Shown: piece after piece, positions 57,103-64,000 of the stretch
Numbering within the stretch: position 1 is the stretch's first letter
How the letters are laid out: each line of letters begins with the position of its first letter
Virus record (IMG/VR): IMGVR_UViG_3300045988_035487
Coordinates: 1-64,000 of that record
Reading direction: 5' to 3' (one strand)
DNA from: a virus
Length of the DNA stretch: 64,000 nt
Program-made: the position numbers and the translations under genes
The notes under the pieces: generated by a model
Seen by the model: the letters and a program-made list of their open reading frames with translations, nothing else
Database searches by the model: none
Told to the model about the DNA's origin: nothing

Positions 57103-58004
57103 TAATTTGTAGAGGTATTCAAGGTTCAGGTAAATCTACTTGGGCTAAACAATGGTGTCACGAAGACCCAGAGCACAGAGTAAGATTTAACAATGATGAT
57201 ATTCGTAACATGTTAGGTGATTACTGGGTTCCTACTAGGGAGAAGCTAGTTACTGAAGCTAAAGCTAATATGATAACGTTTGCTTTGATTAAAGGTTACG
57301 ATGTAGTAGTTGATAATATGAATCTGAATCCCAAAGAGGATGAATGGATTAGAACTCTATGTGCTAATATAGAGAAGGACAAGGGAATACATGTTGATAT
57401 AGAGTACAAGGATTTCTGGACCCCTGTTGACGAATGTATTCGCCGCGATGCTAAAAGAGAACATCCTATAGGTGAGAAGGTTATTAGGCAAACTTGGAAG
57501 CGTTATAAGGACTTCATAATCCATGAGGAAATTATGGCAGCCAAAGCTAAGTCATTAGTTCAAGATACTAACCTACCAGCAGCAATCATAGTAGATATGG
57601 ATGCAACTGTATGTTTAAATACTAGTGGTCGTCCTTTCTACGGAGAAGGTGCAGCTGAAGGTATGCTTACTGATGAGCCTATTACTCCTGTAATTGAGCT
57701 TATTAGAAACTTCTGTGATAATTATCCAGCTAAGTTAATAATTCTAACTGGTAGAGAGGATACTCCTGAAGTTCGTAAAGCTACGGAACAGTGGTTAGAG
57801 AACAATTGGTTGCATCCTGACATACTTCTCATGCGTCCTGCTAAGAGCTTTACTGCTGGTCCTATATGTAAGAAGAAACTGTATGAGGACAATATCAAAG
57901 GCAAGTTCTATATACCTTTCGTACTTGAAGACAATTGTAAGTGTGTGGAGATGTGGAGAAATGAAGGCTTGATTTGTCTACAACCGAATGAGGGTAAGTT
58001 CTAA
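57084..58004 (+). CDS. pnk: polynucleotide kinase-phosphatase (T4 Pnk-like)
   Basis: N-terminal P-loop kinase ICRGIQGSGKST. C-terminal HAD phosphatase IIVDMDATVC (DxDxT). Confidence 0.7.
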   Translation: MDKRVLIICRGIQGSGKSTWAKQWCHEDPEHRVRFNNDDIRNMLGDYWVPTREKLVTEAKANMITFALIKGYDVVVDNMNLNPKEDEWIRTLCANIEKDKGIHVDIEYKDFWTPVDECIRRDAKREHPIGEKVIRQTWKRYKDFIIHEEIMAAKAKSLVQDTNLPAAIIVDMDATVCLNTSGRPFYGEGAAEGMLTDEPITPVIELIRNFCDNYPAKLIILTGREDTPEVRKATEQWLENNWLHPDILLMRPAKSFTAGPICKKKLYEDNIKGKFYIPFVLEDNCKCVEMWRNEGLICLQPNEGKF

Positions 58005-58172
58005 TGGCAATACTTGTAGGACAACTGATTGAAATTCTCCAAAGATATGACCGAGACAGAGAAGTAACTATACATACTCTTAAAGGAGAAACTGTCGAAG
58101 TTAACGGATACTTCGTACAAAGAGATTTAAACGACAACGCATTTTATTTAACAGATTTAGATGTAATTCCAA

Positions 58173-58487
58173 GTGACTGATTTAGAGAAACGATTTCTAA
58201 AGAACACTGATGACACTGGTAGATTTATATATCAATCATTAGTGACTGGTAGGAAATACTATGTTGAACCAATCGGAGGACATTCAGATTGGGGAGATAT
58301 CAATCCTGCTACTAAGGAGGTAGAGGGAAACTATGGTGAGAAGTATAAGGGTAGTGTAAGTGAGAAAGAATCAATGATTACACCAGAGAATGGATTTGTA
58401 CTTATTGAAACCTTAGAACCTGGAGTATCACCATTGTCAGTAATTGAAGAAAGGGATAAGCAATATGAACAAATGGCTAAGAAGTAA
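58173..58487 (+). CDS. hypothetical protein
   Basis: 104-aa ORF. Confidence 0.45.
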   Translation: MTDLEKRFLKNTDDTGRFIYQSLVTGRKYYVEPIGGHSDWGDINPATKEVEGNYGEKYKGSVSEKESMITPENGFVLIETLEPGVSPLSVIEERDKQYEQMAKK

Positions 58488-58677
58488 TTTTGATGATTCT
58501 ACCATAGGTAATTTGCTTGCTATGGCAGCACCTTGGATGTTAATAGGAATGATAGTTGGGCTTATAGCTCTGTTTACATGTCCTGTTTTAATGGCAGAAT
58601 GTTTCTGTTTAGCTCTAGTCTTCATTACTATAGACAGGTATTACGAAATTAAAGGCGAGAAGAATGGTAATAGATAA
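58444..58677 (+). CDS. small membrane protein
   Basis: 77-aa ORF with two TM helices. Confidence 0.4.
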   Translation: MKKGISNMNKWLRSNFDDSTIGNLLAMAAPWMLIGMIVGLIALFTCPVLMAECFCLALVFITIDRYYEIKGEKNGNR

Positions 58678-59287
58678 TTTTGACCAAATACTAGACATTC
58701 TGGAATTTAATAATTCAGATGAGTTCTATTTCTTGCAAATTATACAACGCAAGAAAGACGGCTGTGTTACTGATACTGGTAATAACGGATATAGGACTGT
58801 TAAAACTTACTATATATTCAGTAGGGAACAGCTAGAGCGCAAAAGAGCTAAAATTACTGAATTGTGCCAGAGCAATCATGCAAGAGCATACATTACCTTG
58901 AATAGACGTAATGCTGAAGAAGTGGCATGTACTGCTATACAAGAGTATGCCAAACTAATCCAAGAAGGCAACTGCTATCAAGGATATCGCATTTGGGATT
59001 CATCTTGTGGGCATACTAGAGCTAGAGGCTACAAGCCACTATGGGTTGTGGATGTTGATAGTAAGGACGAGAACTATCTTAACACAATCATAGAAATTGT
59101 TAATAGTTGTAGAGGTGCACAAGACATCAAAGTTAAACATGTAATTCCAACTGCACATGGTTATCATCTTATAACGATAGGGTTTGATACTAATCAGTTC
59201 GCTCAACAGCTAGCTATTAGGAATCTGGATTCTATAGATATACAGAAAGATAACCCAACGTTGCTGTATTTCGATACAGCTGATTAA
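58664..59287 (+). CDS. hypothetical protein
   Basis: 207-aa ORF. Confidence 0.5.
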   Translation: MVIDNFDQILDILEFNNSDEFYFLQIIQRKKDGCVTDTGNNGYRTVKTYYIFSREQLERKRAKITELCQSNHARAYITLNRRNAEEVACTAIQEYAKLIQEGNCYQGYRIWDSSCGHTRARGYKPLWVVDVDSKDENYLNTIIEIVNSCRGAQDIKVKHVIPTAHGYHLITIGFDTNQFAQQLAIRNLDSIDIQKDNPTLLYFDTAD

Positions 59288-59347
59288 GACTCGGTGACGA
59301 GGTCTGTGGACAGATTACTTATTATTAATTCTAACAGCTATTAATTA

Positions 59348-59572
59348 ATGAGTAATTTACCAGCTGGAGCAGAACGTGACCCATTTGCTCCTTATAATGT
59401 GGAAGAGAAAGTCTTCAAAGTTGACATAAATGCTAAGGGATTAGCATGGTATGAATATTACGGACATTTGGATATAGATGAAGCCATAGAAGCTATTAAG
59501 AGCAGAATACAAGCCGCACTTAGTAGCTTAGGAGATGTTGATATTAGTACTGTTGATATTGAGGTTTCATGA
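59348..59572 (+). CDS. hypothetical protein
   Basis: 74-aa ORF. Confidence 0.4.
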   Translation: MSNLPAGAERDPFAPYNVEEKVFKVDINAKGLAWYEYYGHLDIDEAIEAIKSRIQAALSSLGDVDISTVDIEVS

Positions 59573-61707
59573 TATATCTAGTCAGTAATCAAAGGTCACT
59601 ATTTGAAACTGACGCTTATAAGGAATTATCTCTATCTGATGCTATAGACATGATTATGCCACATAGTTGGGTAGAATATGATTCGGAAACTGCTGGTTTA
59701 GACCCCTATACAAAACCATTACTGTGTACTCAGTATGGTTTAGGGGAAGACCAAATAGTCGTTGACAATGTAACTATTCCAATTGAGAAGCTTAAATGTG
59801 TCCTTGAAGACCCTACTAAGACTTTCTTAGGTTGGAATATTGCATTTGATTTAAGGTTTCTATATCACCATAAAATAGTTCCTTATAATGTATGGGATGG
59901 AATGATTGCTGAGAAGTTACTCTATCTTGGCTATCCTCCCCAGTTTCATAGTCTTTCTTTAAAAGCAGCAGCTGATAACTATCTTGGTATAGATATTGAT
60001 AAAACTGTTCGAGGGCAGATTATCACTCAAGGATTAACTATACCAGTGGTACAATATGCTGCTGGTGATGTTATGTATCTTACTAAGATTAAGGAGAAGC
60101 AAGATGCAGAATTAGAGAAGAAGGAATTAACTAAAGCTGCTGAATTTGAAATGAAGTTTACTCCAGTAATTGCCTATATGGAATATTGTGGAGCTAAACT
60201 TGACCCAGTAAAATGGAAGCAGAAGATGATTCGAGATAAAGAGGAAGTTAATAAAGCAGAAGCTAAGCTTAACGAATGGGTTGAAAATTATTATAATGAA
60301 CATAAATCTTCTGAAGGCTATATTAAAGCCTTCACAGAGGAAGTGGACATTATGCATGAGAATCAACTATTTGACAAAGTAGGTCCTCATATGGGACAAA
60401 TAAAGAGGGTTTGTAATCCACAAACTGGGCTAATTCATTATGAATATGACAAACCTTTCCCATATGTTACCAAGAATCTACAAGGCGATTTGTTCAGTGG
60501 ATTTGATGCTTCAGCTAAGTGTAACATTAACTGGTCTAGTAGTCAACAAGTAGTTCCACTATTTGAAATGTTGGGACTTAATTGTACTACCATTGATGCT
60601 AAAACTAAGCAGAAGAAGAAATCTGCTGATATTAAGTTGATAAAGCCACAAGCACATAAGTGTAGTATAGTTCCTCTTTATGTAGAATATAAGAAGGCTA
60701 AAATTCTAGTTGATACCTTTGGACAGAAGTTCATAGATAAAATTAATCCAGTAAGTGGTAGGATTCATCCAGACTATTTTCAATTAGGAGCTGATACTGG
60801 GCGGTTATCCGCTACTAACCCGTCTTTAATGAATTTGCCACATGACCCATTTACTAGGTCGTGTTTCGTTTCTGATACTGGGTATAAATGGATTAGTTGT
60901 GATTACAAAGGGCAGGAATCCTTCTTAATGGCATCTATTGCTAATGATAAGGCGATGTTGGAAGAGCTTATCTATGGTAGTGGTGACTTACACAGTCTAA
61001 CTGCCAGAATAGTATTTACAGACATCCCTGATGATACTCCACTATCTGAAGTTAAAGCTAAATACAAACCTCTTAGAGATGCTGCTAAAGGGTATGAATT
61101 TTGTTTTAATTATGGTGGAGATTGGAACACTTTAATGAAGAATTATGGTCTTACTAAGGCAAGAGCTCAAGAAGTATATAATAACTATATGTCTGGTTTC
61201 TCTGGACTAAAGAGATATCAGGAGTTTAGGAGAGAAGATGTCCTTGATAAGGGATATATCCTTCTTAATCCTATTACTAAGCATAAGGCATTTATATATG
61301 ACTGGGACAACCTGTGTAAAATCGACAGTGAACTTGGGTCTCCAGAAGCTAAGTATATGCTAGGGCGTAATGGGGACAATTATTATAAAACAAGCTCACA
61401 GCATTTGAGAAGAAGGTTATCTGATTCTATGAAGCAATCCATTAACTATCCGATACAGCATGCTGGTTCTATGTGTTTCAAATTGTCTGCAATTAAGTTC
61501 TTCAATTGGCTAAGGAAGAACAATCTGCTATTTATAGTTAAATATTGTGTTCCCGTACATGATGAACATAATGTTGAAGCACCGGATGATATTGCTGAAG
61601 AAGTAGGTAATATACTAGTTAAATGTATGGAAAGTGGAGGCGAACCATTTTGTGTACGTGCTCATTTAGGTGCTGATATATCAATTGAAGACCATTGGGT
61701 ACATTAA
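59569..61707 (+). CDS. polA: family A DNA polymerase (Pol I-like) with 3'-5' exonuclease domain
   Basis: Exo I EYDSETAGLD. Pol motif A CDYKGQESFL. Motif B RDAAKGYEFCFNYGGD. Motif C PVHDEHNVE. Confidence 0.85.
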   Translation: MIYLVSNQRSLFETDAYKELSLSDAIDMIMPHSWVEYDSETAGLDPYTKPLLCTQYGLGEDQIVVDNVTIPIEKLKCVLEDPTKTFLGWNIAFDLRFLYHHKIVPYNVWDGMIAEKLLYLGYPPQFHSLSLKAAADNYLGIDIDKTVRGQIITQGLTIPVVQYAAGDVMYLTKIKEKQDAELEKKELTKAAEFEMKFTPVIAYMEYCGAKLDPVKWKQKMIRDKEEVNKAEAKLNEWVENYYNEHKSSEGYIKAFTEEVDIMHENQLFDKVGPHMGQIKRVCNPQTGLIHYEYDKPFPYVTKNLQGDLFSGFDASAKCNINWSSSQQVVPLFEMLGLNCTTIDAKTKQKKKSADIKLIKPQAHKCSIVPLYVEYKKAKILVDTFGQKFIDKINPVSGRIHPDYFQLGADTGRLSATNPSLMNLPHDPFTRSCFVSDTGYKWISCDYKGQESFLMASIANDKAMLEELIYGSGDLHSLTARIVFTDIPDDTPLSEVKAKYKPLRDAAKGYEFCFNYGGDWNTLMKNYGLTKARAQEVYNNYMSGFSGLKRYQEFRREDVLDKGYILLNPITKHKAFIYDWDNLCKIDSELGSPEAKYMLGRNGDNYYKTSSQHLRRRLSDSMKQSINYPIQHAGSMCFKLSAIKFFNWLRKNNLLFIVKYCVPVHDEHNVEAPDDIAEEVGNILVKCMESGGEPFCVRAHLGADISIEDHWVH

Positions 61708-61708
61708 T

Positions 61709-62179
61709 ATGATTGAAGTTGAAAGAAAGTATTTAGTGAAAAACAATAGCTATAAGATGCAGGCTCAAAGAGCAGGATTGATAGTCCAGGGTTATCTTGG
61801 AGACAATCCTCTCTCCGAAACTAGGATAGCTATTAGGGACAATCATGGTTGGCTATTTATTAAAGCTAAGGGAACCCTTAGTCGTTTTGAATGGCAACAA
61901 GAAATCCCATTGTATGAAGCACAGGAGCTTCTAAAGTTCTGTCCTAATGTTATCCGTAAGGTACGCTACATAGTATATCATATGGGTAACAAATGGGAAA
62001 TTGATGAGTTCTTAGGAGAGAATGAAGGATTAGTAATTGCTGAATGTGAGTTATCACAGGCAACTCTCAACCCTCCTCTGCCTGATTTTGTAGGAGAAGA
62101 GGTTACAGAAGATACTAAGTATTATAACTATAACCTCGCGTCTAACCCTTATATGAACTGGGACGATGACTCTGAATGA
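61709..62179 (+). CDS. CYTH-domain protein (CyaB / triphosphate tunnel metalloenzyme-like)
   Basis: IEVERKYLV at the N-terminus, then WEIDEF and IAECEL acidic motifs typical of CYTH. Start is taken at the ATG just after the polA stop. Confidence 0.55.
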   Translation: MIEVERKYLVKNNSYKMQAQRAGLIVQGYLGDNPLSETRIAIRDNHGWLFIKAKGTLSRFEWQQEIPLYEAQELLKFCPNVIRKVRYIVYHMGNKWEIDEFLGENEGLVIAECELSQATLNPPLPDFVGEEVTEDTKYYNYNLASNPYMNWDDDSE

Positions 62180-62573
62180 TTTAGAGAATACAATGGTTGT
62201 TCAGATGAGAAATCAACAACTGTATCTAGTAATCACTGATTGCTTACCGCCTAATGCTTCTGAGAATAAAGACATTGTATTCTTGAGCCGGGGTGGTTAT
62301 ATGCAAGGTGCATCATATACTTTTAATATGCTCATGAATACTGATGATGAACGTTATCGGGAATGGGACATAATGAAGGTATTTAAGAGAGTGTACAGTA
62401 ACTTTGACCAAAATCACAGAGCACCCCACAGTTTAAAACATCTTGACAGTATGCTCGACCTGGTATGTATATGGGATAGAGAAAAAGATACTTGTCAGGA
62501 GGAGATAGTCAATGATAATGACTTTGTCTCCGAACAAGATGAATATAGTTCTAAAGAAGTAAAATTCTATTAA
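62166..62573 (+). CDS. hypothetical protein
   Basis: 135-aa ORF. Confidence 0.45.
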   Translation: MTLNDLENTMVVQMRNQQLYLVITDCLPPNASENKDIVFLSRGGYMQGASYTFNMLMNTDDERYREWDIMKVFKRVYSNFDQNHRAPHSLKHLDSMLDLVCIWDREKDTCQEEIVNDNDFVSEQDEYSSKEVKFY

Positions 62574-62785
62574 TGGCTTATTTCGTTGAAGCTGATGACG
62601 GGTTTGCAATTAATTTAGACGCAGTTGCTTACTTCAATGATGAATTTGTAAGGTTTGTTAACGATTGGAAGATGGAGATAAGTACCAAAACTTATCATCT
62701 ACTAAGAGATTATGTTCATTGCAAATCTAAAGAAGTAGAATTAAAGCTTAATGCGCCTAATCAAACCGAAAGTAGAACTTATTAA
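62573..62785 (+). CDS. hypothetical protein
   Basis: 70-aa ORF. Confidence 0.4.
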   Translation: MAYFVEADDGFAINLDAVAYFNDEFVRFVNDWKMEISTKTYHLLRDYVHCKSKEVELKLNAPNQTESRTY

Positions 62786-63665
62786 CCAGGAACCAGGTGT
62801 TGAAGGTCTATTCAAACACATGGAACTGTGTGCAAGGACTTGTTATAAGTCTGAAGACAAGATAACAGAAGACAGTGCTAAGAAGTTTATTAATAATGTC
62901 ATTATAGCTAGAGGACATACTGCTATGCTAGAGCATGGTACTGTATATCTCATGATTGATTGCTCTGGAAGGCTGCTTGATGTTGCAAATAAGTATGTCA
63001 ACAACAAGTATTCCGAATGGACCTTACATCCTGATGGAGTGCATTATTGTATCACGACCAACTATAGAGTGTTACTCCAAAATGGTTGGCTTGAGGACTT
63101 GCAATACTTGTGTGAACCTACAGAATATCACGTTAAACGTGTCACTGTAAGGTTTATATGTGATATGGGAGTTGCTAGAGAGTTCTGTAGACACAGACTA
63201 TTTAGCTTCGCTCAAGAAAGTACTAGGTATTGCAATTACTCTAAGGCTAAGTTTGGTAAGGAATTAAATTGTATAATACCGTGCTGGTATAAGAATATGT
63301 TCGAGGGTAATTCATATAATATAGAACTATGTCATACTTATGATTTAACTATATCTGAAGGATTGTCTCGAACTGAAGCTGCATGGATACAAGCTATGTG
63401 TGAAGCAGAAAGTACATATTTCGGATTGTTGACAGAGGGCGAGCCTGCTCAACAGGCTAGAAATGTACTACCTCTAGCACTAAAGACAGAATTAATAATG
63501 ACTGGCACTGTTGAACAATGGATAGAGTTCTTGAAATTGAGATGTGCAAATGATGCTCATCCGCAGGCAAGAGAACTTGCAATTGAATTACGAGATAGAT
63601 TACTGTTGGATGACTATATAGATATTGATGCAGAAGGGAATCTACAAGTATCGAACAGATACTAG
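62751..63665 (+). CDS. thyX: flavin-dependent thymidylate synthase ThyX
   Basis: ThyX signature [14 protein letters not shown] (RHRxxSxxxxSxRY). Confidence 0.8.
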   Translation: MRLIKPKVELINQEPGVEGLFKHMELCARTCYKSEDKITEDSAKKFINNVIIARGHTAMLEHGTVYLMIDCSGRLLDVANKYVNNKYSEWTLHPDGVHYCITTNYRVLLQNGWLEDLQYLCEPTEYHVKRVTVRFICDMGVAREFCRHRLFSFAQESTRYCNYSKAKFGKELNCIIPCWYKNMFEGNSYNIELCHTYDLTISEGLSRTEAAWIQAMCEAESTYFGLLTEGEPAQQARNVLPLALKTELIMTGTVEQWIEFLKLRCANDAHPQARELAIELRDRLLLDDYIDIDAEGNLQVSNRY

Positions 63666-63771
63666 GAGATATAAGCGAGAACTTCATAAGGAAGAGGCAA
63701 AACTCCTAGACTACAAGATGCACTTAGTTATCAGATTTGTATTATTCTTAAAGTATCTAATCACATTCAGA

Positions 63772-63960
63772 ATGCAGGACGCCAAAGACGCACTAGACAT
63801 GGACAAGGAATTGTCGAAAGAGGAAGAAGCATTGCTAAGGAAACATCTTGCTAACTTCCTAAGAAGAGAACCGTATGTTAGGCCTTATCCTAAAATAGGT
63901 CGTAATGCCCCTTGTCCATGTGGCAGTGGCAAGAAATATAAACATTGTTGTGGAAGATGA
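63772..63960 (+). CDS. small SEC-C motif protein
   Basis: C-terminal [20 protein letters not shown] (SEC-C metal-binding motif). Start is uncertain: the tracked ORF 63625 overlaps thyX. Confidence 0.35.
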   Translation: MQDAKDALDMDKELSKEEEALLRKHLANFLRREPYVRPYPKIGRNAPCPCGSGKKYKHCCGR

Positions 63961-64000
63961 CAGATAAATTTAAATTTGACCCGGAGCACACATTCTTTAC

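Overview
Single-orientation (all + strand) AT-rich segment of a large virulent phage, almost certainly infecting a Bacteroidota host: Bacteroides-type -33 TTTG / -7 TAnnTTTG promoters are present and Shine-Dalgarno sequences are absent. Bases 1-47 are Illumina Nextera adapter, not biology. The first ~24 kb is a dispersed array of about 24 tRNA genes interleaved with small ORFs and an HNH endonuclease. The array includes a putative amber suppressor tRNA(CUA), a type II tRNA with an apparent UGU anticodon, and a tRNA-like gene with an 18-nt anticodon loop. Five tRNAs carry a conserved, covarying leader hairpin (AAGAAGnCnTACAGCAC...GnCTTCTG). Accessory genes sit between the tRNAs: an NfeD/flotillin (SPFH) pair, a vWA protein, a triple zinc-ribbon endonuclease-like protein, a short PurA-family enzyme (PurZ-like candidate), an AAA+ ATPase, RNase H, three paralogous ~300-aa proteins, a bactofilin-like protein and a ferritin-like protein. 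The 3' ~33 kb is a replication and nucleotide-metabolism module: SF2 helicase, DnaB-like helicase, DnaG-type primase, Dda-like helicase, family A DNA polymerase, ATP-dependent DNA ligase, dUTPase, ThyX, deoxyribonucleotidase, and anaerobic RNR (nrdD interrupted by an HNH-endonuclease-containing insertion, plus nrdG). An RNA/tRNA repair set (RNA ligase, CCA nucleotidyltransferase, Pnk kinase-phosphatase) and a CYTH protein are also present. No CRISPR array, integrase or structural genes are evident. All calls are from reading the sequence and the ORF translations; none was confirmed by database search.
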